The position numbers were made by a program, and so were the translations under genes. Below the pieces are notes generated by a model. It made no database searches. It was not told the DNA's origin and worked only from the letters and a program-made list of their open reading frames with translations. Source: a virus. Taken from it: DNA of 64,000 nt. The stretch is taken from the IMG/VR virus record IMGVR_UViG_3300025073_000026. One strand, 5' to 3'. Position 1 is the stretch's first letter. The number at the start of each line of letters is the position of its first letter. Shown in pieces: positions 25,321 through 34,280 of this stretch.

Positions 25321-25462
25321 CCGGGGGACTGGGACTTGAACCCAGAATTTGCTTGTGTGTTTAGCCCGATTAGGAACCTTTGCAGGCTCCCGAGTGAGCA
25401 AACAGGTTGCTTTTTAGATAGCTCCAAAAGGCTATTGCGTCTACCAGTTCCGCCATCCCCGA
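25321..25462 (-). ncRNA. tRNA-like RNA with 8-nt anticodon loop and about 70-nt branched variable arm
   Basis: Leu-type D arm GGCGGAACTGGTAGACGC; ATAGC-CTTTTGGA-GCTAT; canonical T arm CTGGG-TTCAAGT-CCCAG; insert contains GTTTGCT/AGCAAAT and a GGAGCCT-GCAA-AGGTTCC hairpin. Confidence 0.75.
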
Positions 25463-25485
25463 GAACACAAACCATCAACAAACAG

Positions 25486-25558
25486 TGGAGCTAACCCGGA
25501 TCGAACGGGCAACCTCAGGCTTGCAAAGCCCGCGCTCTCCCAATTGAGCTATAGCCCC
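25486..25558 (-). tRNA. tRNA-Ala(UGC)
   Basis: G3:U70; CGGGC-TT TGC AA-GCCTG. Confidence 0.92.
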
Positions 25559-26103
25559 AGACACTGATTCCATGTGTTCGTCATCAGTGCATCTAATGAC
25601 CGGACGATTGGTAAAGCCGGGTCTATCAGATACATCTGCATCTCCACGTCCCTAGTCCTAGGGTATCCTGGTTCAATCCCAATGCAGACAGCCTTACGTC
25701 TGAGCGGAAGATTCGCCCTCGGCCCAAAATTCGGGGGATATGCACACTCATTGTGCCATTCTGCCAGAGTAACGTACCGGCCCAACTCAAATAGCACAAT
25801 GGGTTGGATGGTTTCCTTGCAGAACCAGAACGAAATAACATCAGCCTCACACAATGCTTTCTGCTCCCACTCAATTTGGCCATCTGCCGCCTTCGGGTCA
25901 TGGATAGGGAAGTTGGCTCTACGTGGATTCAAGATGTGGATACAGGAATCTGTCCACTCTGCATCCGCTGTAAAACCACGGAGTCTTTCTATGGCTTCCT
26001 TCTGCCAATCCGGACATCCAGTGATGCCACCAGCAAGGAATAGGGGTGTATCATTAAGGCTGATTTCAAATGGCTCGATGGCTTCTGTAACCTTGATCTG
26101 CAT
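25549..26103 (-). CDS. nucleoside 2-deoxyribosyltransferase-like protein
   Basis: LFLAGGITGCPDWQ, LNPRR, QIEWE...L..ADVISFWF, PIVLFELG. Confidence 0.8.
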   Translation of the reverse strand: MQIKVTEAIEPFEISLNDTPLFLAGGITGCPDWQKEAIERLRGFTADAEWTDSCIHILNPRRANFPIHDPKAADGQIEWEQKALCEADVISFWFCKETIQPIVLFELGRYVTLAEWHNECAYPPNFGPRANLPLRRKAVCIGIEPGYPRTRDVEMQMYLIDPALPIVRSLDALMTNTWNQCLGL

Positions 26104-26348
26104 CAGGGCTTAACCTCCAAAGAATGCCCATCCTTATCAAACTTGAAGGGGCAGACAAAATCACATTCCCCTGCACCCAAGTACTCTACCGTAGCACACT
26201 TGGATGCACACTCAGGGAAGGGTAGGTGCTGTAGGTTTCCTGCTGGCAGAGGATTCTTTGCCACTTCAAGATTCGCTATCTCCATGTCTGGGCCATCGTC
26301 TGTCTCGTCCCATCGGATATCACTCATTGCCCTTGTCCTCCACATCAT
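26103..26348 (-). CDS. hypothetical protein
   Basis: TGATG overlap with the next gene. Confidence 0.5.
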   Translation of the reverse strand: MMWRTRAMSDIRWDETDDGPDMEIANLEVAKNPLPAGNLQHLPFPECASKCATVEYLGAGECDFVCPFKFDKDGHSLEVKP

Positions 26349-26352
26349 TCAG

Positions 26353-26426
26353 CGTCCCTGAGTGGATTTGAACCACCGGCTTCCCCTTTAGGAGAGGGGC
26401 ACTCTAATCCTCTGAGCTACAGGGAC
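26353..26426 (-). tRNA. tRNA-Arg(CCU)
   Basis: CCCCT-CT CCT AA-AGGGG. Confidence 0.9.
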
Positions 26427-26622
26427 AATCAACAACTTCCCACTCGCCAATCCACAAGATGAACACTCCCCAACTCTCTTTGCCATTAGGGTGCTTCAGA
26501 TCAACTGAAAACTCACTGTCTTTTGGGTTCACGGATATGACTTCACTCACATGGCCATTCTTGGGATTCCGGAATTTCATGCCGGGCACGATCTGTTCGT
26601 CGGATAGGTCCTTAACCTTCAC
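26404..26622 (-). CDS. hypothetical protein
   Basis: GAGGTG RBS; 3' end overlaps the tRNA 5' end. Confidence 0.5.
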   Translation of the reverse strand: MKVKDLSDEQIVPGMKFRNPKNGHVSEVISVNPKDSEFSVDLKHPNGKESWGVFILWIGEWEVVDCPCSSED

Positions 26623-26631
26623 TCGGCACCT

Positions 26632-26892
26632 CTACACATCATACAAACCCCTACCTGGCAGATCAAACATCTGAATCATGCTCTCTGGCACCTTCAGGTG
26701 CTTGAGAGCATATTTCCGACCTTCTCCCCCAAGAGTATGGAAATCCATGAGCAGGTTAGTGGTACCAAAAGTACCGGGTAGGCTGACAACGAGCCTGACT
26801 TTGTCTGTGTCACTCTTTCCATAGTGGAATATCTCGATTGCTTTGACCTTAATCTCTATCTTGAATCTCATCTTAGCCGTTTTGGTAGCCAC
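26632..26892 (-). CDS. hypothetical protein
   Basis: GGAGG RBS; overlaps the coaD end. Confidence 0.55.
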   Translation of the reverse strand: MATKTAKMRFKIEIKVKAIEIFHYGKSDTDKVRLVVSLPGTFGTTNLLMDFHTLGGEGRKYALKHLKVPESMIQMFDLPGRGLYDV

Positions 26893-27382
26893 GTTCGTCC
26901 TCCCTGTACTTGGCCTTCAGTGGTCCCACCACTTGGGGTGGCACAAACAACTCGACCCTACCGTGATGCTGTGCTAGTTCTCTAACAGCCGAAGAACTGA
27001 CGTAAAGCATATCCCGATCGGTCATGAGGTAGATGAATTCAATACCAGGAGCCAAACGCCTATTCATCAGGGTCATCTGAAATTCATACTCAAAATCACT
27101 GACGGCCCGCAACCCCCGGAGGACCAGTTTGGTGCCGACTGCCCTAACGAAGTCCACCAGCAATCCGCTAAAGGGGCGCACAGACACCCTAGGCTCATCA
27201 TCAAACACCGACTTGATGATACCTGCACGTTCATCTAGCGTGAACAAGGATTTCTTCTGCCCATTACAGGCAGGGGCAATGATCACCCTGTCTATGACTT
27301 CCAGACCACGCCGGATGATATCTACATGTCCGTTAGTGATAGGGTCAAAGGATCCGGGATAGATGGCTATTCGTTCTGGCAT
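26873..27382 (-). CDS. coaD: pantetheine-phosphate adenylyltransferase
   Basis: AIYPGSFDPITNGHVDII, LRGLRAVSDFEYEFQM..MNR, YVSSSAVRE. Confidence 0.95.
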   Translation of the reverse strand: MPERIAIYPGSFDPITNGHVDIIRRGLEVIDRVIIAPACNGQKKSLFTLDERAGIIKSVFDDEPRVSVRPFSGLLVDFVRAVGTKLVLRGLRAVSDFEYEFQMTLMNRRLAPGIEFIYLMTDRDMLYVSSSAVRELAQHHGRVELFVPPQVVGPLKAKYREDERGYQNG

Positions 27383-27600
27383 GGTGCATCCTCAGTGCCA
27401 AAGGCATCAATGGTTGAACTCATCCCACTCAATCCCCCTAGGATACCGTGGACACCTATATACACTTTGGAGAAAACCTCTGTCGCTAGGTTCATATCCC
27501 TGAAGGGTACAAACATCAGGACGATTGTACCAAGGAAGATAGCTAGACAAGTGAAGAAGCAGGCTTTGGTTGCCCACGGTTCCGAGCTATTGTCGTGCAT
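27367..27600 (-). CDS. small membrane protein
   Basis: Two hydrophobic helices. Confidence 0.5.
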   Translation of the reverse strand: MHDNSSEPWATKACFFTCLAIFLGTIVLMFVPFRDMNLATEVFSKVYIGVHGILGGLSGMSSTIDAFGTEDAPCQNE

Positions 27601-27603
27601 GGC

Positions 27604-27804
27604 TTACAACTCCTCTTGAGTGGGATCCCGGAAGTTCTCAGGGTGGTATCCCCAGTGGACCTTACCATCCTTAGTGGCAACGGCCACATGACCCGGCATA
27701 TTCTGTATCTCGCCTAGAAGGAGTACCTTTTCGCCATTGTTCCACGGGTACTGCCCATCATATCCCTCCGGTACATCGGTTATCTGGATGCGTAAGATTC
27801 TCAT
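27604..27804 (-). CDS. hypothetical protein
   Basis: GGAGGT RBS and promoter (27829-27856) before MRILRI. Confidence 0.6.
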   Translation of the reverse strand: MRILRIQITDVPEGYDGQYPWNNGEKVLLLGEIQNMPGHVAVATKDGKVHWGYHPENFRDPTQEEL

Positions 27805-28123
27805 GTGTCCACCACCTCCACACCTTCTTACTACTCTGATGTAGCAATGACTAACAGGAAAACGTTTGGCAGAGGATAGGCAGTACTCGAAACTGCACCG
27901 GATGGCATCAGCCACCCTTGCGAGACCCCGCATGGCACAATGGCCTTGCGTCCTCCATCTTCTATCCCCCGGAAATTCACAATGCAATGTACGCTCTGAC
28001 CAGATGGGTTGCTGGTCAGGCATACGATTGTACTTCGGTTGTCAAAGATCGGTTGACTCCTGATGCCTGTTTCGCACCGTCCCTCCCCGTCCAAATCTCA
28101 GGGGAGAAAGAGTCTAGCCAAGG

Positions 28124-28198
28124 TGGGACGAAGAGGACTTGAACCTCCAACCTGACGGTTAAGAGCCGCCTGCTCTAATCCAATTGAGCTATCGTCCC
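28124..28198 (-). tRNA. tRNA-Lys(CUU)
   Basis: GGCGG-CT CTT AA-CCGTC. Confidence 0.9.
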
Positions 28199-28273
28199 AT
28201 GATCTTTTCAAAGAGCGTCCTGTAACCAACCAATCCGTGGCTTCTGTACCGTAGGCACCTGAATTGTGCTGAG

Positions 28274-28345
28274 TGAGGATGGTTGGATTTGGACCAACGA
28301 CCTAAGGCTTAAAGGGCCTTTGCTCTTCCGCTAAGCTACATCCCC
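28274..28345 (-). tRNA. tRNA-Lys(UUU), C33 and C55 variant
   Basis: AAGGC-CC TTT AA-GCCTT; T-loop TCCAAAT. Confidence 0.82.
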
Positions 28346-28366
28346 GATTGTCTTGAAATTGTAGGT

Positions 28367-28675
28367 CTACTTCCAGAAGCTTTGTTTCGGCTGGTTGTCA
28401 AAGAGCAAATCCGATTCCGGGTGCGACCGCATCCGCTGCCAGGGTTCTGGCAGATGGTAGGGGCGCACCCTTTGATCCTTCCCGCGGTAATTGGCCGCAA
28501 GAATGGTCTCCGGGCACAAGCCCCGGAAACCCACGGATCCCATAATCGTCGTTGCGCTCAATGACACTTCAACTCCAACTGCTGTTTCAGGTTCATCCCT
28601 GCTCACACAGGGGCAACTATCATTGTCACTCTTACCATCGTGCTTGGAACTTGTCAAGCACTTTCTTCCACACAA
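28367..28675 (-). CDS. hypothetical protein (start uncertain)
   Basis: Downstream of promoter at 28678-28705. Confidence 0.35.
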   Translation of the reverse strand: MCGRKCLTSSKHDGKSDNDSCPCVSRDEPETAVGVEVSLSATTIMGSVGFRGLCPETILAANYRGKDQRVRPYHLPEPWQRMRSHPESDLLFDNQPKQSFWK

Positions 28676-28787
28676 TCTACTACCCTAAATATAGTCAAGC
28701 TAACATGAATCTTCCAAACTTTTTTGGCAACCCCATATGGGGTTGGGGGTACGAGATTCGAAGTCAGACCCACCACAAAAGTGGTCA

Positions 28788-29060
28788 TTAGTTATGACGA
28801 GAGCAGTCGGGGCACTCACAGTCATCGTCATCTTCCGGCCCCCCGAACATCTTTTCCATGTGACTGCTGAAAGCCTGCTGGACGGTCTCCACTGCCCCAT
28901 GGGCAGCCGACTGGACTGATGCTTGAGGGTTGACCCCAATCCCAGCAAAAAGATTGACTCCAGCGACTTTGACGAGTGTTATGAACACACCCGTTTCGTC
29001 TTCCTGTGTAACGAACTCCACATCCGACCACTTTATGAGACCCAATTCTTTCAATGTCAT
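28788..29060 (-). CDS. hypothetical protein
   Basis: C-terminal DDDCECPDC. Confidence 0.55.
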   Translation of the reverse strand: MTLKELGLIKWSDVEFVTQEDETGVFITLVKVAGVNLFAGIGVNPQASVQSAAHGAVETVQQAFSSHMEKMFGGPEDDDDCECPDCSRHN

Positions 29061-29087
29061 GTCCTAACCCCCTCTGTTGTCCACTTC

Positions 29088-29942
29088 TCATTTAGTTCCA
29101 ATTGGCTCCGCTTTTTCCAAATCCACTCCGGGCACGACGACATAGAATGCACCAGTGATTCTGGACTCTATGTCGTGAACCTGTAGATTCTCCAAATAAC
29201 GGGGCGTGTATTCATGCCTGTTCATCATCACTATGAGATTCTCTTTCATAGCCCAAAGCAATGCATCCTGAATGATATCCGTTTCAGGAGGTCGGAGACC
29301 GTGTTCCTTGATGTAGTGCTCCCATTGAGCAGGGTATAGCCATTTGGAATCTGGCGTTACATTGCAGGCATCTCCAAGGCGCTTCCCACAAATCCTGCAA
29401 GATGCCCAACCCTTCCAATACACCCCCGGTTTACCTGCCCTCAAGTACCAGATACATGCCACCCGCTCTGCTTCTGACATTGGGTCTGGCGGAACCCAAG
29501 AGAGTGCTTCATTTTTGCTATGGGTATTGAAGTACCCCATCTTTGGCAATTTCATAGCTAGGTTATGGAGACGATCCCCAGCAGCCCTAAAGGATGGCCC
29601 CTGCCGATAATAGTCAGTCTCCAGAATCGTCTGTAACTCCAGTATCCCCAATGTCTTGACAAGTTTCAAAGGCGGGACAGGCCTTTGTTCTGCAAGGATG
29701 GCGTCAACTTCCTCCGGTGTATCCGAAGTACAGTACTTGCCATAACCAGCATCTCCATCACGAATCTCTAAACACATGCTTTCTTTGTGGGGACCGTACT
29801 TCTCTCGGCAAAACCGCAGATGCGCCAAGACTTCTGGGGGCCATAGGAAGGGATCTTCAGTTGTTTCCCCCGTTCCATTCCATCGTGGGTCTGACTCAGA
29901 TGTCAATTTCCATTTGCATATCTCTGTCTGCTTTTTGGCCAT
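29088..29942 (-). CDS. hypothetical protein
   Basis: Long co-oriented ORF; G.A.CRICG motif. Confidence 0.65.
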   Translation of the reverse strand: MAKKQTEICKWKLTSESDPRWNGTGETTEDPFLWPPEVLAHLRFCREKYGPHKESMCLEIRDGDAGYGKYCTSDTPEEVDAILAEQRPVPPLKLVKTLGILELQTILETDYYRQGPSFRAAGDRLHNLAMKLPKMGYFNTHSKNEALSWVPPDPMSEAERVACIWYLRAGKPGVYWKGWASCRICGKRLGDACNVTPDSKWLYPAQWEHYIKEHGLRPPETDIIQDALLWAMKENLIVMMNRHEYTPRYLENLQVHDIESRITGAFYVVVPGVDLEKAEPIGTK

Positions 29943-29953
29943 TGGACCTATTC

Positions 29954-30442
29954 CTATTCCTTTTCCTTCATCAGCAGTTGATGCCTATCCCCACACAAGG
30001 CACAGATAACCAGGGGTTCCTTTCCACTATCATCTCGTATCAAAGTGCCATCACAATCGGACGATTTACAGAGGGTCTCTGTACTCTTTACAGCAGGGCC
30101 AATAATTCCCTTCGACTGCCGATACCTGACTACATCGCTGTACCGTTCCGGGTACCTTCCTGAGAACCACTGCATGCGTGTTTTCTTCATGACGAGAGCA
30201 AACCACTTTATGGTCCGGGTCGTATGCCCTATCTGGAAAACCGCAATAATCCGGACACCTTTATTCCCCTGGAACTCCCAGGATTCCATTGCGAAGCGGG
30301 ATTCCTCCAACGGGTAAGTGTCCACGATAAGGAACTCTGGCCATCGTCGCTGTATCTCGTGGAGACACTGGGCTTCCTCCTCGTAGGTAAGTGGATCTAT
30401 CCGCATGTTTAGCGTCCCAACTTCTTCATGGCAGCCAGCCAC
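29954..30442 (-). CDS. hypothetical protein with C-terminal zinc ribbon
   Basis: CKSSDC...CALCG. Confidence 0.55.
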   Translation of the reverse strand: MAGCHEEVGTLNMRIDPLTYEEEAQCLHEIQRRWPEFLIVDTYPLEESRFAMESWEFQGNKGVRIIAVFQIGHTTRTIKWFALVMKKTRMQWFSGRYPERYSDVVRYRQSKGIIGPAVKSTETLCKSSDCDGTLIRDDSGKEPLVICALCGDRHQLLMKEKE

Positions 30443-31116
30443 TTTTGGGTAATGACTAGTTGGCCTTCATATGCCCTGTAGCGTCCTCGAACCCAATTCA
30501 GGTTCCCGCTTGGGTGATCAATTGTGGCCCCCAGTTTAGCCAAAAGAGCAGCAAGAGACTCATGAATATGGGCTGAGATGTGCAATTGGCAATCTGGTAC
30601 ATCGAGGGTACGATCCGCTTCCGTGAAGTCCCTCCCGCAAATGGGGCAAATGTGGGGGCTGTAAACATGCTCAATACATAAGAGCATCTCAATTGCACGA
30701 TCCGCGTTCTCTTCAGTCAGCCCTATATTGGAATCTGTCTTGACTAAGTGGGGAAGCAAATCACCCATGTCTGTGTTATCGTCTAGAATCACATAAGGCA
30801 TCTTAGCAGGATAGCGTGCTAAGAAGGCTCCGATCTCTTCGTCACGGGGAATGTCACGCCTGAAATCGGGGGTGTACTTGACCTCTCCGGGCAATCGGAT
30901 GTTCTGACGGAATAGTTCCTTTGTGAGATCGGCTGCAGTGCGGTTGAAACGCCACACCGATGAAATGACAACTTGTGCTTCTGTTATTTTGAGTACCCTG
31001 TTCAGGGCATTGACACAAACAGGATCAAAGGTAGCAAAAGTGCCAAACTGCTTTGCTGACCTGGAGCTATTCAGTACCCCGTCAATATCTAGGAATAGGA
31101 ATGGTTTGCTGTCCAA
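30409..31116 (-). CDS. HAD phosphatase (Swiss-Army-knife RNA-repair-like HAD domain)
   Basis: FLDIDGVLNS, VVISSVWR, R.EEI..FL, YVILDD, GLT. Confidence 0.82.
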   Translation of the reverse strand: MDSKPFLFLDIDGVLNSSRSAKQFGTFATFDPVCVNALNRVLKITEAQVVISSVWRFNRTAADLTKELFRQNIRLPGEVKYTPDFRRDIPRDEEIGAFLARYPAKMPYVILDDNTDMGDLLPHLVKTDSNIGLTEENADRAIEMLLCIEHVYSPHICPICGRDFTEADRTLDVPDCQLHISAHIHESLAALLAKLGATIDHPSGNLNWVRGRYRAYEGQLVITQKWLAAMKKLGR

Positions 31117-31171
31117 TTATTGCCCCTCCCCTCTATACTACCCAAATCGATGGGTTCCTAACAGAAAAGTT

Positions 31172-31636
31172 CTAGTCTGGACTGAATCTGAAAAAAGCAA
31201 AAATGGCGCCTTTGGCGATTTCATCTAGTGCCTGCTCTATTTCTTTATCAGTCTGCCCAAATGCATTGGAAACAACTCGAAAGACGGATCGTGCTCTTTC
31301 CCATCGGGTTTGTTCATAAGCCATCCAACGTCGAGTCCGGTGAAAGAGGGATTCTAAGGCTTCTGTTTGAGTCAAGGAGAACCGTCGAGTCCTATATGAG
31401 TACCACTGCCCAAAGCTACGGATTGGTGTGCCTCTATCCAATTCCTGTGCCATATGGAGTAGCCAAAGATCAGACTTCTCCCCAGGATCTGCCCAAAATC
31501 CTGTTTCTGTCAATCTGAGAACGGTCCACTTGGCAAACGAGATGTTATCTAACCTATCGGAGGTCATTCGCTGATGGAGATTGACATTGGCTCGAATCAA
31601 ACTTGATCCTATTCGGATCTTCCCTTTCAGGGACAT
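31172..31636 (-). CDS. hypothetical protein
   Basis: Co-oriented; overlap coupling. Confidence 0.55.
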   Translation of the reverse strand: MSLKGKIRIGSSLIRANVNLHQRMTSDRLDNISFAKWTVLRLTETGFWADPGEKSDLWLLHMAQELDRGTPIRSFGQWYSYRTRRFSLTQTEALESLFHRTRRWMAYEQTRWERARSVFRVVSNAFGQTDKEIEQALDEIAKGAIFAFFRFSPD

Positions 31637-31929
31637 GGTATGGACTCCTCTACTTTGGAGAGTGTTTCAGCAACCTCTTTGCCTTTCTTTGTCAGAATCC
31701 AATGACGGGGATAGTAATCATCGTTCGGACGAGGATAGTAGTAGTCCACGAGCCCTTCTTTCATGAGTCTTGTCAGGAGAGCCGCCATGGGAAGATTGTA
31801 CTTGGTTTTCTTAGCCGGAATGGTAGTGAACCTGCCAAACACATATCTGGCAAGACTAGCCGTCCTGAGACCCCCATACCCTGGACCCCAGTTTCTCAGG
31901 AACAAGAGGGTCCTAGTCCGAGAGTCCAC
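31627..31929 (-). CDS. winged-HTH-like protein
   Basis: LLTRLMKEGLV...WILTKKG.E pattern. Confidence 0.55.
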   Translation of the reverse strand: MDSRTRTLLFLRNWGPGYGGLRTASLARYVFGRFTTIPAKKTKYNLPMAALLTRLMKEGLVDYYYPRPNDDYYPRHWILTKKGKEVAETLSKVEESIPCP

Positions 31930-31930
31930 C

Positions 31931-32779
31931 CTACGCCTCCGTACATTGTGTTGCCTGAGGATCGGGAATTATGACAATGGGAGCTTCCCCATAGATCAGG
32001 ACTCCGACCCGATTTGCCACAGCACCAAACTTAGGCATATCCAATTCCTGGACTTCATGGCGTTCTACGACCAGGTTGGGATCCTTCCTAGCTGCGTGTT
32101 TGGCCGGAAGTTTCCCGATCTCGGACGCCGTAAACGGCCTCTGTACCGTAACCCGCCGAATCCATGCCCCCCGTTTGGCCCAAGCGGGATAGTCGCTCCA
32201 GTTGATGCCCTTCTCTTGGAACAGCATCTCTTGAATCTCCTTGGTATCCTTGTGCATGAGCTGCTTGTGTGAGAATACTGCCTGCCCAGCAGCTTGGATA
32301 CTGTTACGGGCAGCATCCTGCTCCCGCCACAGAAAGACATTGGCGGCTTCAATCAGTGTGGGCACTGACCACACCCTGCAATCGAACACAGGCATCTGAT
32401 GCATCTTGTCAGGTAAGTAGTGGGGGATCTTTCGGTTGAAATCCGCGGTTGCCAGTGCCGCCAGGATAGAACACATCTTCTGGATGCGTCCATCAAAGAA
32501 AACCTGACTCTTGATGTTGTCGCTGTACCAGCACAAGCTGATCTCATCAGACTGTCGGTATCCCACGACAGCATTGGTTTCCTCCACCAGAAACTTGGTA
32601 ACAGACACCATTAGGCTCTTGAATCGTTCATCGAAGGGTCGGTTCAGTCCACGGCAGAAGGAATGGAAACTCCTGCCGTCCAGTCGGGCCATGATGGGAA
32701 GGAGGGGCATCAGACGTCGGCTACTTTCAGCCCCTTCGTACAACTTCATACGGTCACCGAAATCATCTGCTTTCATCAT
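31931..32779 (-). CDS. thg1: tRNA(His) guanylyltransferase Thg1-like protein
   Basis: ARLDGRSFHSF, GYRQSDEISL, FFDGRIQK, FDCRV, WREQDAARNSI, GINW.DYP.W.KRG. Confidence 0.93.
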   Translation of the reverse strand: MMKADDFGDRMKLYEGAESSRRLMPLLPIMARLDGRSFHSFCRGLNRPFDERFKSLMVSVTKFLVEETNAVVGYRQSDEISLCWYSDNIKSQVFFDGRIQKMCSILAALATADFNRKIPHYLPDKMHQMPVFDCRVWSVPTLIEAANVFLWREQDAARNSIQAAGQAVFSHKQLMHKDTKEIQEMLFQEKGINWSDYPAWAKRGAWIRRVTVQRPFTASEIGKLPAKHAARKDPNLVVERHEVQELDMPKFGAVANRVGVLIYGEAPIVIIPDPQATQCTEA

Positions 32780-32828
32780 CCACCTCCACACCCCCTACTA
32801 CCCGGTAGGTTGGCTCTCTAACAACAAA

Positions 32829-33467
32829 TTATTTTATGGAGGACGATACACCGATCGCAACATAACTCAATGGGAGGTAGCCCGGATCAGTGACCGACGT
32901 GTCTCCAATGTCCCTATACACCTTCTCAAACAGAACCGTGTAATAGAGGCAACTCTCGTCTCCAGGATACTGTGGGATATCCCAGTCGTCCATGCAATCA
33001 GGGTCCGTTTCTCCACGAGCAGTCAAAGAGATAGCTTTCCAGCCGTTTTCCCCATAGTCTGAGAGGTCACCCATCAATCGGCCAGCAGGGATATCCCTTT
33101 GAATATACGCCCACCGGAGATAAGCAGGGTTCAGAGCTTCAACTTCTTCAACAACTTTGGCATAGTCCGTATCGACTCGATACGTCCAGTCACCCACCTT
33201 CTGATTGAGAGATTTCAAGCGGGAGTCAATGCTGTCCAAGAGTTCTGGAGCATTTGCAGTTGAATGTCGAGTTGCCCTCGTATTTGTCTCGATGTCGACA
33301 GTGCGAACTCGAATATCTTCCCATGTAGGCCTGACACTTGCGAAAAGAAAAGCACCTAGAATCAGGAACACCACGAGAATGCCTACTCTTATGGAATCTG
33401 CCAAAGACATTTTTAACCTCCCCCTATTCAAAGACCCGCCAGATATACTACTCTGATTTAGGCACAT
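32829..33467 (-). CDS. membrane-anchored hypothetical protein
   Basis: N-terminal hydrophobic helix; likely start MSLADS. Confidence 0.55.
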   Translation of the reverse strand: MCLNQSSISGGSLNRGRLKMSLADSIRVGILVVFLILGAFLFASVRPTWEDIRVRTVDIETNTRATRHSTANAPELLDSIDSRLKSLNQKVGDWTYRVDTDYAKVVEEVEALNPAYLRWAYIQRDIPAGRLMGDLSDYGENGWKAISLTARGETDPDCMDDWDIPQYPGDESCLYYTVLFEKVYRDIGDTSVTDPGYLPLSYVAIGVSSSIK

Positions 33468-33768
33468 CTAATACGGAATCGCTCTCATTAATCAACCGCA
33501 CAAGTTGCCATCGGGCATAAAGGGACATGAACGAGTGCAAGAAATATCCATTTGCACACCAACCAATGGCACATCCGCCGACTGCCAAGCACCACGGTGG
33601 GGTATTCCACTCGACACCACACCAAGGAGCCACTATACACCAAACTACCAGCAACATCGCCACTACGCCCCAAACGATGCATTGCTTCCGAGACTCGCAA
33701 TGTGCCTCATTTAACCTCTCCATGTTCTGGCGTGTCGCATCTACTAGCAAGCTATGTTCCGGTCTCAT
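33448..33768 (-). CDS. membrane protein
   Basis: Two hydrophobic helices. Confidence 0.5.
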   Translation of the reverse strand: MRPEHSLLVDATRQNMERLNEAHCESRKQCIVWGVVAMLLVVWCIVAPWCGVEWNTPPWCLAVGGCAIGWCANGYFLHSFMSLYARWQLVRLINESDSVLDVPKSE

Positions 33769-34225
33769 CTTTTATCCCCCTCGTTGTTCGCAATTCCTCT
33801 CTGACCGCCATGAGCAATTTGCCAAGTCTATTCAGACCCATCTTGTCTCTACCCCATCCCCAATAGGAATCGTATGGGGATGCTTCAATGATTTCCCGGT
33901 TTCCTGATAAGGACAAAAGTTCCATAAGGGCTATATTCTGCCCGAACTTGGCTCTCAGGGCTGTCAGCATGACAGACTCCCGGACAGAATCCCAATCAAC
34001 CCTGATGGTGTACATCTTACTCCGACCCATCGTAGCAGCTTCTTTGGGGGTTTTAGCAACTCGAATCCACTCCTCTACCAGGGTGCCATGGAACTTTTGA
34101 GCCTGATAGTAATGCTCCACGGTGGGCCACATCTTCCCGCCTATGGTAAAGGATACCTTGAAGAAATTGGAGAAAGGCCCCCAGGGAACATCTACTGTAC
34201 GCCAAAAGGTTGCTGGTCCAGTCAT
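33752..34225 (-). CDS. NADAR (YbiA-like) protein
   Basis: FSNF, WPTVEHYYQAQKF, W...R..VM...LRAKF.QN, IIEASPYDSYWG.G, NRLGKLLM.VR. Confidence 0.92.
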   Translation of the reverse strand: MTGPATFWRTVDVPWGPFSNFFKVSFTIGGKMWPTVEHYYQAQKFHGTLVEEWIRVAKTPKEAATMGRSKMYTIRVDWDSVRESVMLTALRAKFGQNIALMELLSLSGNREIIEASPYDSYWGWGRDKMGLNRLGKLLMAVREELRTTRGIKDETGT

Positions 34226-34280
34226 GTGGGTAAAAAAGCCCCCAAGTTGTTCTAGGGAACTATACCTTATTTTCGGGTTC

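Noticed and set aside
27840-28110. Short + strand ORFs between the promoter at 27829 and tRNA-Lys
   Set aside because: Three overlapping frames, none with a clear RBS or motif; coding status cannot be decided
2415-28345. DGR-type adenine mutagenesis or random decay as the cause of the tRNA U-to-C changes
   Set aside because: No reverse transcriptase or template repeat is seen, and the changes are confined to positions 8, 33 and 55 with T54 and the stems preserved
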